Positions 26,865 through 37,204 of a stretch of DNA of 64,000 nt are shown here, piece after piece (position 1 is the stretch's first letter; the number at the start of each line of letters is the position of its first letter). The stretch covers positions 64,001 to 128,000 of the forward strand of contig CAWAWS010000033.1 in the NCBI GenBank assembly GCA_963785725.1, written 5' to 3'. Under the pieces are notes generated by a model. The model saw nothing but the letters and a program-made list of their open reading frames with translations. It was not told the DNA's origin and ran no database searches. The position numbers and the translations under genes are program-made. The DNA is from an uncultured delta proteobacterium. Lineage in GTDB: Bacteria > Myxococcota_A > Polyangia > Palsa-1104.

Positions 26865-27563
26865 ATGCATCCGATCTGGAAAACGCGCGAACGTCTCGCC
26901 AAGGTCATCGCCCGCGGCGAAGTCCTGCAGACCTCGATGCGCCAAGGTCTGGCGGTCGTCGACGATGCGTCGTTGACGGCGTGGCGCATGAACGCGTCCA
27001 CGGTCATTTCGCAGCTCGTCTCCGAGAAGCACTCCTATCAGCAGCAGTTCGAGCGGCTCGGTCGCGATCGCAAGCTGGGCTCGTTTCGGCTGCTCGAGTG
27101 CACGTTGGGTGTGCTCGTCGGTCTGCGCGACGACTTCGACTCGGGCGCCTTGAGCGATCTGCGCAAGCTGGCGCGCACCGAGATGCTCATCGACTTCCTC
27201 GATCGCGCCGACAATCTGTTCGCGCGCGGCTACTACGGCGCGGCGGTCGTCATCGCCGGCGAGATCCTCGAGTATTACCTCCTGCGCCTCGCCGAGCTGC
27301 ACGGCTGCGACGCCGACGCCGGCAGCGGCATCACCGCGCAGTCGACGGAGCTGTGTAAGGCCGGCGCCTACTCGAGCGCGACCCACGAGCGCGTGCGCGG
27401 CTGGGCCGAAGTCGCCGAGCGCGCGCGCGAAGGCGCGTTGGCGAACAAGAGCGAGGCCGAGGACCTCTTGCGCGGGCTGCCCCGCTTCCTCGACGACAAT
27501 CCAGCACATACCAAGACGCCACGAATCGCAGACGAACGCACGGAAGGGTTGGACGAGCCATGA
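26865..27563 (+). CDS. HEPN/DUF4145-like helical protein with a degenerate Rx4H motif
   Basis: DFLDRADNLF...YGAAVVIAGEILEYYL...LCKAGAYS...WAEVAERAREG resembles the HEPN layout, but the RNxxxH site is absent. Confidence 0.55.
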   Translation: MHPIWKTRERLAKVIARGEVLQTSMRQGLAVVDDASLTAWRMNASTVISQLVSEKHSYQQQFERLGRDRKLGSFRLLECTLGVLVGLRDDFDSGALSDLRKLARTEMLIDFLDRADNLFARGYYGAAVVIAGEILEYYLLRLAELHGCDADAGSGITAQSTELCKAGAYSSATHERVRGWAEVAERAREGALANKSEAEDLLRGLPRFLDDNPAHTKTPRIADERTEGLDEP

Positions 27564-27862
27564 ACAACCTGCGCTCCTTATCGGTGTACTTTCCGGCCGA
27601 GATGCTCGAAGAGATCGAGCGCGAGGCCAAACGGCTCGACCGTTCGCTGTCGTGGATGGTGCAGCACGCGTGGGCGCTCGCCCACCCGCGCATGACCGCC
27701 TACGCGCCGACGATCGAGCGGCCCAAGCGCGAGCACGCGAGCAACAACGTCGTCGCCGCCGCGCACGAGCCGGATGACGAGATGGGCGACTCCTTGTCGG
27801 CGAAGCCGATGGAGCCGCTGCGCTCGAGCGTCGCCGCCCTGCGCGCGACCTCGGCGACCTAA
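27560..27862 (+). CDS. Ribbon-helix-helix protein, TIGR04563-like myxobacterial family
   Basis: SVYFPAEMLEEIEREAKRLDRSLSWMVQHAW; ATGA overlap with the upstream gene. Confidence 0.75.
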   Translation: MNNLRSLSVYFPAEMLEEIEREAKRLDRSLSWMVQHAWALAHPRMTAYAPTIERPKREHASNNVVAAAHEPDDEMGDSLSAKPMEPLRSSVAALRATSAT

Positions 27863-27910
27863 AGCCGCTCGCGCCGCCGTCTCGCGTCCGCGCGCCTTGT
27901 CCGCGCCGCG

Positions 27911-28031
27911 GCGCGAACGCTTACGGCCGCGGCGAGATCGGCGCGGTCGATCGCGCCGGCCGCGGCGCATCGGGCCATCGATTGCGACGGCGTCGATGCG
28001 CGAACGCTTACGGCGGCGGCGAGATCGGCGC
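27911..28031. repeat. 34-bp direct repeat duplicating the 3' end of the 28008-28430 gene
   Basis: gcgcgaacgcttacggc[c/g]gcggcgagatcggcgc at 27911-27944 and 27998-28031, one mismatch. Confidence 0.85.
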
Positions 28032-28430
28032 CGCCGGCGGCCGCCACCAGCCGCCGCGCCGCAGCGCTTGCAGCAGCCACTCCTCGGCGTCGAGGCGCTT
28101 GGCGAACGCGCGGAACGGGCACGGCGACGGCGCCAGCCACTGAATCATGCCGACGATGCCGCGCGTCAACGCCGACGGCGCGACCGCCGCCGACGCGGTC
28201 ACCCAGCGGCGAATCTCCTCTTCGCGCGCCAGCGTGTTGTGCGCAATGATCCGTCGCTGCGCCGCGTTGAGGCCGCCGACGCGCACGCCATCGTGCAGCA
28301 CGGCATGCGAGCGACCATAGAACGTCGCCAGCTCCGCCAGCATCTGCACGACGTCCGCATCCTTAGCTTGCCCCATCGGCCAGCTCACAATCACCAGCGG
28401 AAAGCGCGTATCGTCGACCATCGAGGCCAT
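28008..28430 (-). CDS. Hypothetical protein, STAS/SEC14-like small alpha/beta domain
   Basis: FPLVIVSW...AAQRRIIA...SALTRGIVGMIQWL...FRAF...AEEWL. Confidence 0.6.
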   Translation of the reverse strand: MASMVDDTRFPLVIVSWPMGQAKDADVVQMLAELATFYGRSHAVLHDGVRVGGLNAAQRRIIAHNTLAREEEIRRWVTASAAVAPSALTRGIVGMIQWLAPSPCPFRAFAKRLDAEEWLLQALRRGGWWRPPAAPISPPP

Positions 28431-28609
28431 CCCGGCGCCCATTTTATCGCAGCTCGCCGCTAACGGAAACAGCGAAGCGAACGAAGTAGACGCCCAGCTC
28501 AGAAGCCCACCGCCACAATACCTACGGCCTGTATGTTTCATACGTACGAGCCCCGCTTTGGATTCATTCCATTTCGCAGGGCGTCGTCGTGCTAGTGCCG
28601 CACGCATGT

Positions 28610-29497
28610 TCAGGCGGCGTCGAGGCGCGCCAGCTCGGCCGCCAGCAGCTCGGCGACGATGCGCACGCGCGCGATCTCGAGCGCGCTCTTGGCGCACACG
28701 AGGTGCAGCGACGAGCGCGTATACGGCCCGAGGTCGAGCTTGAGCGGCACCAGCGTCGTCGCGCGCGAAAAGCGGTGGCGCAGCTCGCCGAGGACCATCG
28801 CGCCCAGCCCCATTTCGGCGGCGCGCAGCTGCACGAGATAATTGTCCGACGTGAACGCGAAGGCGAGATCGGGCACCAGCTCCTGCAGCTGCGGATTGGG
28901 CGGCAGGCGATCGAACGGCGGCGCCCAGCCGATCCACGGCACGTCGTGGAAGCCATAGCGCCGCGGCAGCTTGGCGACGAGCGGCCGCGCCGCCACCGCG
29001 TGCACGGCGTGGCTCAGCGACGCGACGGTCGTCAGATCGGCGGTCGTCTCGGCGCGCAGCCGCAGCGCCAAATCGGCTTCGCCGCGCGCCAGATCGAGGT
29101 AATGCACCGTCGAGAGCAGCTCGAGCTGCAGCCCAGGCTGCTTTTGCTTGAGCCACGCCGCGAACGGCACCAAGTAATCCCACGCCAAGCCCGGCGGCGC
29201 GGTCACGCGCACGACGCCGCGCGGACGCCGCTCTTGCGCGCGCGCCGCGCGATCGACCTCGGCGGCCCACTCGGCCATCTTGCGCGCCGGCGCGACGAGC
29301 CGCTCGCCCGCGGCCGTCAGCGTCACGCCGGCGACGCTGCGGCGAAAGAGCGCGTAGCCGAGCTCGGCCTCGAGCGCGGCCAGTCGCCGGCTGACGGTCG
29401 GCTGCCCGACGCGCAATTGCCGCGCCGCCGCGCTCATGCCGCGCGTCTCGGCCACGGCCAAGAACACGCGTAAATCCTCCCACGGCAAGCGATTCAT
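28610..29497 (-). CDS. LysR family transcriptional regulator
   Basis: WEDLRVFLAVAE...SAAARQLRVGQPTVSRRLAALE...LTAAGE HTH; DLARGEADLALR. Confidence 0.95.
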   Translation of the reverse strand: MNRLPWEDLRVFLAVAETRGMSAAARQLRVGQPTVSRRLAALEAELGYALFRRSVAGVTLTAAGERLVAPARKMAEWAAEVDRAARAQERRPRGVVRVTAPPGLAWDYLVPFAAWLKQKQPGLQLELLSTVHYLDLARGEADLALRLRAETTADLTTVASLSHAVHAVAARPLVAKLPRRYGFHDVPWIGWAPPFDRLPPNPQLQELVPDLAFAFTSDNYLVQLRAAEMGLGAMVLGELRHRFSRATTLVPLKLDLGPYTRSSLHLVCAKSALEIARVRIVAELLAAELARLDAA

Positions 29498-29562
29498 TTT
29501 CGTATGGCCTGATGCGATATTAGTCAGTTTTCATTCTTTTTCGCATGGCTATCTTCATCGAC

Positions 29563-30492
29563 ATGCGCTTCCTACTTCCGTTCGTTCTCGTCAGTGCCGG
29601 CTGTTTGACGACGAGCCATCCGCATCAGCCATCGGCGCTCGGCCAGCCCAGTCGCGCGAGCGCGCTCTTGGCCGTCATCGATGCGCCGGGGCCGCTCGAG
29701 GTCGAGACCGTCAATTCGGCCGATTGGGTCGTCGATCGCAGCGGGCTCATCGATCTGAACGATCCGCGCGCCAAGGCCGCCGGGCTCAAAGCCGGCGACG
29801 AGCCGATTCAGGTGTTCTTTCACGTCATTCACCATCCAACGCGCGGCACGTTCATCGTCGACAGCGGCATGGAGCGCGCGCTGCGTGACGCGCCCGAGCA
29901 GGCGGCGCTGCGTGGGCTCGTGACGCGGTTCATGAAGCGCGATCAGCTGCATATTCGCGTGGCGCTCGGCGATTGGCTGGCGGCGCACGGCGGCAAGCTC
30001 GACGGCGTCTTCATGACGCATCTGCATCTCGATCACATCGCCGGCCTGCCCGACGTGCCGCCGGGAACGCCGATCTACACCGGTCCGCACGAAGCCGAAG
30101 ACCGCAACGCGATGAACAGCCTCGTCAAAGGCAGCCTCGACCGCGCGCTCGCCGGACAGGCGCCGCTGAGCGAGTGGGGCTTCGCGCCCGATCCCGACGG
30201 GCGCTTCGCCGCCGTCGTCGACGTCTTCGGCGACGGCTCGCTGTGGGCGATCGCGACGCCCGGGCACACCAAAGGCGCGACCGCGTATCTGGCGCGCACG
30301 ACGCACGGTCCGGTGCTCATGACCGGCGATACCTGCCACACGGCGTGGGGCTGGCAGCATCACGTGGCGCCGGGCAGCTTCACGGCCGATCACCAAGCCA
30401 ACGTCGACAGCTTGCAGCGCTTGCAGCAGCTGGTGGCCGAGCATCCGCGCATCGACGTGCGCCTCGGCCATCAGCGTCTGGCCGCGCAGTAG
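29563..30492 (+). CDS. Metallo-beta-lactamase fold hydrolase (AHL-lactonase-like), lipoprotein
   Basis: THLHLDHIAG, DVFGDGS, TPGHT, TGD, LGH; lipobox SAGC; divergent from LysR. Confidence 0.9.
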   Translation: MRFLLPFVLVSAGCLTTSHPHQPSALGQPSRASALLAVIDAPGPLEVETVNSADWVVDRSGLIDLNDPRAKAAGLKAGDEPIQVFFHVIHHPTRGTFIVDSGMERALRDAPEQAALRGLVTRFMKRDQLHIRVALGDWLAAHGGKLDGVFMTHLHLDHIAGLPDVPPGTPIYTGPHEAEDRNAMNSLVKGSLDRALAGQAPLSEWGFAPDPDGRFAAVVDVFGDGSLWAIATPGHTKGATAYLARTTHGPVLMTGDTCHTAWGWQHHVAPGSFTADHQANVDSLQRLQQLVAEHPRIDVRLGHQRLAAQ

Positions 30493-30624
30493 TGTCCCGC
30501 CGACGGGACGCGCCGCCGTCGTCGACGGGCGCGCGCTATCAGCTAGTCTTACGGCGGTTTACAGCGCGGGACTGGCGTCGCCGCTGTTGTCGCGTGATTT
30601 CGCAGATCTACGTCGTATTGGGCG

Positions 30625-30640
30625 CGGCACGCGGCCTGCT
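30625..30640 (+). promoter_or_regulatory. Possible sigma54 (-24/-12) promoter
   Basis: CGGCACGCGGCCTGCT matches GG-N10-GC, 12 nt before the GH18 ATG. Confidence 0.35.
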
Positions 30641-30652
30641 GTATGCGCTGAC

Positions 30653-32101
30653 ATGTTCATCCGTTTCGCCCCCGCATCAGTGCTCATCGGCTTACTCGCG
30701 GCCGGCATCGCGCCCGGCTGTTCCAAGGACGGATCGTCAGGCAAGTCGCCGTGCACGACCAACTGCGGCACGGCCGGCGGCAACGGCAGCGCCGGTGGAG
30801 CCGGCAACGCCGGCGGCAGCGGCAACGCCGGCGGCAGCGGCAACGACGCCGGCGCCGGCTGCAGCGAAAACTGCGACGGCGGCACGACCGTCGTCAACAG
30901 CGGCACGCTGCCGCGGCTCGTCGCCTACGTCAACGTCATGTGCGGCTTCGGCATCGGCGCCAACGGCACCGAGTGCTCGGCGAGCCCCGACCCGACCGTC
31001 AACCAAGTCAAACAGTGGGAAGACTCGGGACAATCGCCGATCACCCATTACGTCATCTCCTTCTTGTCATTCTCGGGCGGCAAGATTCAGAGCGACCCCG
31101 GCGAGATTTGGGCTTCGGGCGGCGGCTCGACGACCGATTTCACGCTCGCGCCCGGCCTGAAAGCGGCGATGCAGTCGGCGCAAGCCAAGGGCAAGAAGGT
31201 CATGCTCTCGCTCGGCGGCGAAGTCGGCTCGACGAGCTTCTCCGGCTGGTGGAGCGCGAACGGCGTCGCCGGCATGAACGCGCAACTGCAAGCCGTCGCC
31301 ACGACGTTCCAGCAGCAGAACGGCGTCAACGTCGATGGCTTCGACGTCGACATCGAGCTCGGCTCGGTCTACGCCTACGGCAGCGACAAGTACAACTCGA
31401 CGCGCGATCTCATCAACGCCATACCCGACGGCATGCTCGCCGCCTTCGTGCCGCAGATCGGCAACGGCTTGTGCGCGGCGCCGGTCGTCGGCGATCCGCT
31501 GACGCCGCCGGATGTGCTCGGCGGCCAGTGCCAGCAGCCGGTCAACGGCGACGACAGCTCGTGGATCCTCGCGCGCCTCGACAAAGACTGCAAGAAGGCC
31601 GACGGCACGCCCAAGCTCGATTATTGGGGCATCCAATACTACAACGCCGGCCAAGCGGCCTGCTGCGGCGGCGGCGTCGACGACGCGTCGCAGGCGACGA
31701 GCGCATTCCAAAATTACAAGAACCTCGCCAACGGCTGGCCCGCGTCCGGCGACACGACGCAGGCGAGCAATCCGTGGAACCAGTGGGCCTATTATCCGGG
31801 ACCGTGGGCCGAGTTCGACGGCTTCGGCGCCGATCGCTTGGTGCTCGGCAAGCCCGGCTGCCAGGGTTGCGCGGGCAGCGACTATCTCGACCTGCCCGGC
31901 ATGACCTCGCTCATCGGTCAATTCGATCACAAGCTGACCAAGACGATGGGCGGCATCCTGTTCTGGGATCTCGGCCGCCTGTTCGGCAACACCGGTCCGA
32001 TGTGCGTCTCCGGCAGCTGCCAGCCGAGCTGGGGCGGCGACAGCGTGCTCGGGAATCTGCAGTCGCTCAAGATGCAGATGGACGCGCTGCACACGCAATA
32101 G
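30653..32101 (+). CDS. Glycoside hydrolase family 18 (chitinase-like) lipoprotein
   Basis: Lipobox APGC, Gly/Asn linker, KKVMLSLGG, DGFDVDIE (DxxDxDxE), IQYYN, GGILFW. Confidence 0.88.
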   Translation: MFIRFAPASVLIGLLAAGIAPGCSKDGSSGKSPCTTNCGTAGGNGSAGGAGNAGGSGNAGGSGNDAGAGCSENCDGGTTVVNSGTLPRLVAYVNVMCGFGIGANGTECSASPDPTVNQVKQWEDSGQSPITHYVISFLSFSGGKIQSDPGEIWASGGGSTTDFTLAPGLKAAMQSAQAKGKKVMLSLGGEVGSTSFSGWWSANGVAGMNAQLQAVATTFQQQNGVNVDGFDVDIELGSVYAYGSDKYNSTRDLINAIPDGMLAAFVPQIGNGLCAAPVVGDPLTPPDVLGGQCQQPVNGDDSSWILARLDKDCKKADGTPKLDYWGIQYYNAGQAACCGGGVDDASQATSAFQNYKNLANGWPASGDTTQASNPWNQWAYYPGPWAEFDGFGADRLVLGKPGCQGCAGSDYLDLPGMTSLIGQFDHKLTKTMGGILFWDLGRLFGNTGPMCVSGSCQPSWGGDSVLGNLQSLKMQMDALHTQ

Positions 32102-32242
32102 CCGCGGCGCCGCCTGCTCGTCGGTTCAGTATCAGCCCAAATCGCGACTAGTTTCGCGCTCCAACGAAGGACGATTCGGCGACGTCTCGGTTACGAACGC
32201 CACCGCTGACACGCCGCCGTTCGACTATACTCGCGCCCGAAT

Positions 32243-33352
32243 ATGCGCCCTCTGCCACGTGTTCCGCAGATCGACGTTCTGCGCGCCATCGCGATTTTGC
32301 TCGTGCTGTTGCAGCACTTTGGCCCGCAAGGCATGTGGATTCATCAGGTCGGCTGGACCGGCGTCGACCTGTTCTTCGTTTTGAGCGGCTTCCTCGTCAG
32401 CGGGTTGCTTTTCCGCGAGATGGATCGCTTCGGTGACGTCGAGCCCAAGCGCTTCCTCATTCGCCGCGGCTACAAAATCTATCCGACCTTCTGGATCATG
32501 ATCACGGCCACGATCGTGTTGCGGCTCTGCTATCGCGAGCACATGACGTGGCAGGCGATCGTCTGCGAGCTCGTGTTCCTGCAGAACTATGGGCAGTCGC
32601 TGTGGTCGCCGACGTGGTCGCTGGCCGTCGAAGAGCACTTCTATTTGCTGCTGGCGCTGGGCTTTTACTGGTACGGCAAGCGGCAGCCGCGTTTCAGCGA
32701 GCGCAAAGGCCTGTTGCTCGCGGGCGCGTTCTTGCTGCTGATTCTCGCGGTGCGCACGGCGACGGTGCTGACGGTGAAATCGGGCGCGCGTTGGGTCACG
32801 TGGGGCACGCACGTGCGGCTCGACTCGCTGGCGTTCGGTACGATCTTGGCGTACGTCCATCATCGCCATCGCAACGCGCTGCGCAGCTTCGTGCAGCGGC
32901 ATTGGCTGTGGATGCTGCCGCTCGGCATCGCCATGGTCTGCCACGTCTTCGTGTTCGACATGGGCACCGTCTTCATGCGGACGATCGGCTACACGCTGCT
33001 CTATCTCGGCTACAGCGGCATCATGCTGACGACGCTGTTCATGCTGCCGGCGACGGACGCGGTCTCGCGCTTCTTGGCGGCGATCGGACGCAACTCCTAC
33101 GGCATCTATATCTGGCACATGCCGTTCTTCACGCTCGTCGTCGACAAGCTGGTCGGCTGGCACGTGTTGCCGAAGCCGCTGACGCGCACGCTGCCGTTTT
33201 ATCTCGTCGTCTGCATCGGCGCCGGCATCGTGCTGACGCGGCTCATCGAGGCGCCGTTCTTGGTCAAGCGCGATCGGCTGTGGCCCAATCGCAAGCCGGC
33301 GCCCGTGCCGGTGCCGATGGAAGCCGAGCCGCGCGAGCGCGCCGCCGTTTGA
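32243..33352 (+). CDS. Acyltransferase family 3 (OafA-like) membrane protein
   Basis: IDVLRAIAILLV, GVDLFFVLSGFL, WSLAVEEHFY, SYGIYIWH. Confidence 0.93.
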   Translation: MRPLPRVPQIDVLRAIAILLVLLQHFGPQGMWIHQVGWTGVDLFFVLSGFLVSGLLFREMDRFGDVEPKRFLIRRGYKIYPTFWIMITATIVLRLCYREHMTWQAIVCELVFLQNYGQSLWSPTWSLAVEEHFYLLLALGFYWYGKRQPRFSERKGLLLAGAFLLLILAVRTATVLTVKSGARWVTWGTHVRLDSLAFGTILAYVHHRHRNALRSFVQRHWLWMLPLGIAMVCHVFVFDMGTVFMRTIGYTLLYLGYSGIMLTTLFMLPATDAVSRFLAAIGRNSYGIYIWHMPFFTLVVDKLVGWHVLPKPLTRTLPFYLVVCIGAGIVLTRLIEAPFLVKRDRLWPNRKPAPVPVPMEAEPRERAAV

Positions 33353-36300
33353 TCAGCCGCTGAAACCGGGGACGAGGAGCGCGGTCATGCGCTCGGGCAC
33401 GCGGACGCCGAGCGCGGCCCAGCTGCGATCGGCGGCGTGCAGCGCGGTCGAGTCGCCGGCCAGCTGCGCGCGGGCGCGATCGGCGGCGACGGCGAAGTGG
33501 CCCATCGACGCGGCTCGCAAGCGGCCGCGCGCGTCGTCGAGCAGCGCCAGCGCGCGATCGGGCTGACCGCGGCGCCGGGCGACGGCGGCCAAGCCGAGCG
33601 TCGCCAGCGGCGACGACCAGGGCAGACGATGGCGCAAGATGCGGTTGGCGAGGCGCTCGGCGGCGGCGAGGCGCGCCGTCGTGCCCGCGCGACCGTCGGC
33701 GCAGGCGAGCGCGCAGCGCATCTTGAGCGTCAACAGATCGAGCCGGAGCGGATGCACCTCGAGCAAGAGCGAGCGACCGAGCGCCGGCCAATGCCGTTCG
33801 AGCAGCGCGTAGGCGGCGTCGCTGCGACCTTCGTAGAGCGCCAGCTGCGCGTGCGCGTGCAGGCCGAGCGCATGCTGCACGTGCATGCCGGCGTTGGGCC
33901 AGCCGGCGACGGCGGCCGCGACCGCGCGCCGCGTGGCCACCGGCTCGTCGGCGGCGAGGCCAGGCAGCACGTTCCAGCCGGTGCGCAGGACGCAGGCCGA
34001 GTAGCGGTCACCGCGCGCTTCGGCGGCGTCGAGCATGAGCGGCAGCCGGCGCGACAGCTCGGGCAGCTCGCCCAGCCAGCCCAGCGTCTGCAGCTGGAAG
34101 AAGCCGACGTTGGTCAGCTCCCAGGCCACGTGATCGCAGCGCGCGCGCAGCAGCCGCTCGGCCTCGTTCCACAGCGTGCGCGCGGCGATGAATTGACCGC
34201 TGAACTGCGTCTGAATCGCGCGCGACATGCAGAGGAGCGCGTCGAGATAGGGCGAGCCGAGGCGGCGCACGATCGGCTCGGCCTCGTCGGTGAGCCGGCG
34301 CGCCAAGCGCCGCGCCATGGCGCCGCGCGACGTCAACAGGAACGTCTCGACGAGCAGCGCGCGGGCGACGCGATAGGGCTCGCCGCCGCGCAACGCCAAG
34401 AGCAGGTGACGCTCTTGGAAGACCGCGCCTTGGATGTGATCGATCGTCGACAGGCCGACGCCGATGGACCAGCAGGTGTCGATGCGGGCGCGCTCGATCG
34501 GCGACAAGGTCGCGGCGTCGCGCTCGACGAAGCGGAAGCGTCGCAGCCGCAGCTGCGCCATGCGCGCCACCAGCTCGAACAGCGCCGCCGCCGGCGTCTC
34601 CGGCATGCGCAGCCCGACCGCGGACATGACCGAGCGCAACAGCGCCATCGCCTCGTCGAGACGGCCGACGCGCAAGAGCTGCTCGGCGGCGCGACGACGC
34701 AGATCGAGCGCGCCGAGGGGCGACGGCTCGGACGCGGCCGCCGCTTCGTAGGCGCGCGCCGCCGCTTCGCCGCGACCGCCGTTGGCGAGCGCGTCGCCGA
34801 GCTTGATCTGCAGCGCGCCCGCGTCGGCACCGCCACTGTCGCCGGCGAGCGCCAGGCACTCTTGAAACAGGCGGGCCGCGCGATCGAAGGCCAACACTTG
34901 CCGCGCGCGATCGGCGGCGAGCGCGAAATAGTGCGCGGCGCGCGCGCGCTGACCGGCGGCGCGAAAGTGCATGGCCAGCGTCTCGGCGTCGCCGCGCTCT
35001 TGCCGCTCGAAGGCGCGCGCCAGCTGCTCGTGCCAATGACGCTCGGCGCCGGCGACGAGCTTCGCCTTGACCGTCTCGCGCACGCGATCGTGATAGGTCT
35101 CGACGCGATCGCTCGGCCGCGCGCCCGTCGAACGCACCAAGAATGACGCGCGCAAGAAGGCCAATTGCCGCTCGAGCTCACTCCATCCGAGATCGACGGC
35201 GGCCGCGGCCACGTCCTGCTCGAGCGGACCGCCGGCGACGGCGACGAGCTCGAGCAGCCGGCGCGCGCCGTCGGGCAGGCGCGCAATGCGCGCGGCCAAG
35301 GCGTCCTCGAGCCGCGCCGGACCGCGGGCGCTGCCGACGGCCAGGCGATGTTGCACGAGCGCCTCGATGAACAGCGGATGGCCGGCCGCTTCGCGCGCGA
35401 CGTCGTCGGTGAGCGGCGGCAAGGACGAGTCGCGCAGGAGCTCGGCGGCGAGCAAGCGCGCTTCGTCGGGCGGCAAGAGGTCGAGCGACAGGCGGCGCAC
35501 GTCGCCGGGCAGACAGGCGGCCACTTCGTCGACGGGCACGCCGACGTCGCGGCGCAGCGTCGCCACCAGCAGCACCGGCGGCGCGTTCGGCGGATCGAGC
35601 AGCGCCTCCAGCAGCAAGAGGCTCTCTTCGTCGGCCCAGTGCAGATCGTCGATGTGCACGATCGTGAGGCGCTGCGCGGCCAAGCGGCGCAGGATTTCGC
35701 GCAGCGTGGCGAACACGGCGCGACGCAGCTGCTGCGGCTCGCCTTTCGGCACGTTCGCCGGCGCGTGCCCGTTGGCGAGCGGCGCCAGCACCGGGAAGAT
35801 CTGCGCCAGCGCGCCCATGTCCGACGGCAAGAAGTCGGCGGCGTCGGCGGGCGGCAGCGCCGACAAGTGGCGGCTGAGCGCGTCCACGATCTCGTCGAAC
35901 GCCTTGTAGGGCACGCTCTCGCGCTCGTAGCAGCGGCCGCGCAAGACGAGCGCGTCACCGGCGCCGCGCACGCGCTGACAGAACTCGTGCACGAGCGCCG
36001 TCTTGCCGACGCCCGATTCGCCATCGATGAGCAGCGACACGGTGTGGCCGTGCGCGACGTGGGCCAGCGCGCCGTGCAGCTGCTCGAGCGGCTGCTTGCG
36101 GCCGACGAAGCGCGGCGCGGCGTCCGGCGTCTCGGAGCTGGCCGGCGCCGGCGCGGCGGCGCGCAGCCACTGCAGGACTTGGCGACCGCTCGGCCGCGCT
36201 TCCGGCGCCCGCCGCAGCAAGGCCAGGCACAGCTCGTCGAGATCGGCCGGCACCGACGGAATCAGCGTGCGCGGCGCGATCGGATCGACCGAGCGCTTGA

Positions 36301-37204
36301 GCGTCAGCACCTCCGGCGGCGGCCCGGCGAACGGCACGCGACCGGTGAGCGCGAGGTAGAGCAGCATGCCGACCGAGTACCAATCGGCGGCCGGCGTAAT
36401 CGGCGCCACCGTGCCCTGCTCCGGCGCCATGAAGGCGACGGTGCCGGCCAGGTCGCCTTCGTCGCTGGGCGCGCGCGTCACGTCGGCGACGAGCCCGAAG
36501 TCCAAGATGGCGACGCGACCGGCCGGCGTGACCAGAATGTTCGACGGCTTGATATCGCGATGGACCTTGCCGGCGCGGTGCAGCGCCAGAAGGCCATGGA
36601 CGAGCTGCTCGAGGCTGGCGCGCAGCTTGGCTTCGTCGCAGCGGCCGGCGCGCGGCGGCGCCGCGTCGTCCACGAAACCGGTGAGGCGGCCGTCGTCGGT
36701 GTCGGCTTCGCCGAGCCGCATCCCGTCGCCGCGCACGTGCTCCAAGAAGTCGACGCCTTCGACGAGCTCCATCGTGAAGAACCAGCGCCCGGCGTCCTGC
36801 ATGAGCTCGCCCAAGCCGACCAAGTTGGGGTGCTCGATGCCGCGGAGGGCGCGGAACTCGTGCTTGAAGCGCAACAGCGAGCCGTTGCTGCGGGCGGCGA
36901 TCGTCTTCAAGGCCACGCGCGCGCCGCTGTCGCGATCGAGCGCTTCGTAGACGACGCCCATGCCGCCTTCGCCGAGCCGCTTGACGACGGCGAAGCGCGC
37001 CGTGCCCGTGAACTCCTCGTCGGCCATGCTGCCGTCGGCGGCGACGGGCATGACGAACGTCGAGCGCGCCTGCTCGAGCAGCGGGCGACAGGTCTGGCAC
37101 TGGCTGGCGTGGCGTTCGAGCTGCGCGCGTTCGTGGCTCGACAGCCAGCCACGCAGGCTGGCCGCCGCCCGATCGCCGTCGAAGCACGCCCCGTCCGCGT
37201 CCAT
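33353..37204 (-). CDS. Ser/Thr protein kinase with N-terminal HC2 zinc finger, AAA/STAND-like NTPase and helical repeats
   Basis: HASQCQTC; LGEGGMGVVY, VALK, HRDIKPSN, DFG, MAPE; Walker A GESGVGKT; Walker B DDLHWAD. Confidence 0.93.
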   Translation of the reverse strand: MDADGACFDGDRAAASLRGWLSSHERAQLERHASQCQTCRPLLEQARSTFVMPVAADGSMADEEFTGTARFAVVKRLGEGGMGVVYEALDRDSGARVALKTIAARSNGSLLRFKHEFRALRGIEHPNLVGLGELMQDAGRWFFTMELVEGVDFLEHVRGDGMRLGEADTDDGRLTGFVDDAAPPRAGRCDEAKLRASLEQLVHGLLALHRAGKVHRDIKPSNILVTPAGRVAILDFGLVADVTRAPSDEGDLAGTVAFMAPEQGTVAPITPAADWYSVGMLLYLALTGRVPFAGPPPEVLTLKRSVDPIAPRTLIPSVPADLDELCLALLRRAPEARPSGRQVLQWLRAAAPAPASSETPDAAPRFVGRKQPLEQLHGALAHVAHGHTVSLLIDGESGVGKTALVHEFCQRVRGAGDALVLRGRCYERESVPYKAFDEIVDALSRHLSALPPADAADFLPSDMGALAQIFPVLAPLANGHAPANVPKGEPQQLRRAVFATLREILRRLAAQRLTIVHIDDLHWADEESLLLLEALLDPPNAPPVLLVATLRRDVGVPVDEVAACLPGDVRRLSLDLLPPDEARLLAAELLRDSSLPPLTDDVAREAAGHPLFIEALVQHRLAVGSARGPARLEDALAARIARLPDGARRLLELVAVAGGPLEQDVAAAAVDLGWSELERQLAFLRASFLVRSTGARPSDRVETYHDRVRETVKAKLVAGAERHWHEQLARAFERQERGDAETLAMHFRAAGQRARAAHYFALAADRARQVLAFDRAARLFQECLALAGDSGGADAGALQIKLGDALANGGRGEAAARAYEAAAASEPSPLGALDLRRRAAEQLLRVGRLDEAMALLRSVMSAVGLRMPETPAAALFELVARMAQLRLRRFRFVERDAATLSPIERARIDTCWSIGVGLSTIDHIQGAVFQERHLLLALRGGEPYRVARALLVETFLLTSRGAMARRLARRLTDEAEPIVRRLGSPYLDALLCMSRAIQTQFSGQFIAARTLWNEAERLLRARCDHVAWELTNVGFFQLQTLGWLGELPELSRRLPLMLDAAEARGDRYSACVLRTGWNVLPGLAADEPVATRRAVAAAVAGWPNAGMHVQHALGLHAHAQLALYEGRSDAAYALLERHWPALGRSLLLEVHPLRLDLLTLKMRCALACADGRAGTTARLAAAERLANRILRHRLPWSSPLATLGLAAVARRRGQPDRALALLDDARGRLRAASMGHFAVAADRARAQLAGDSTALHAADRSWAALGVRVPERMTALLVPGFSG

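Noticed and set aside
24972..27509. 845-aa ORF
   Set aside because: The upstream part is antisense to the 26865 gene and intergenic DNA; the lipoprotein signal starts at 26480.
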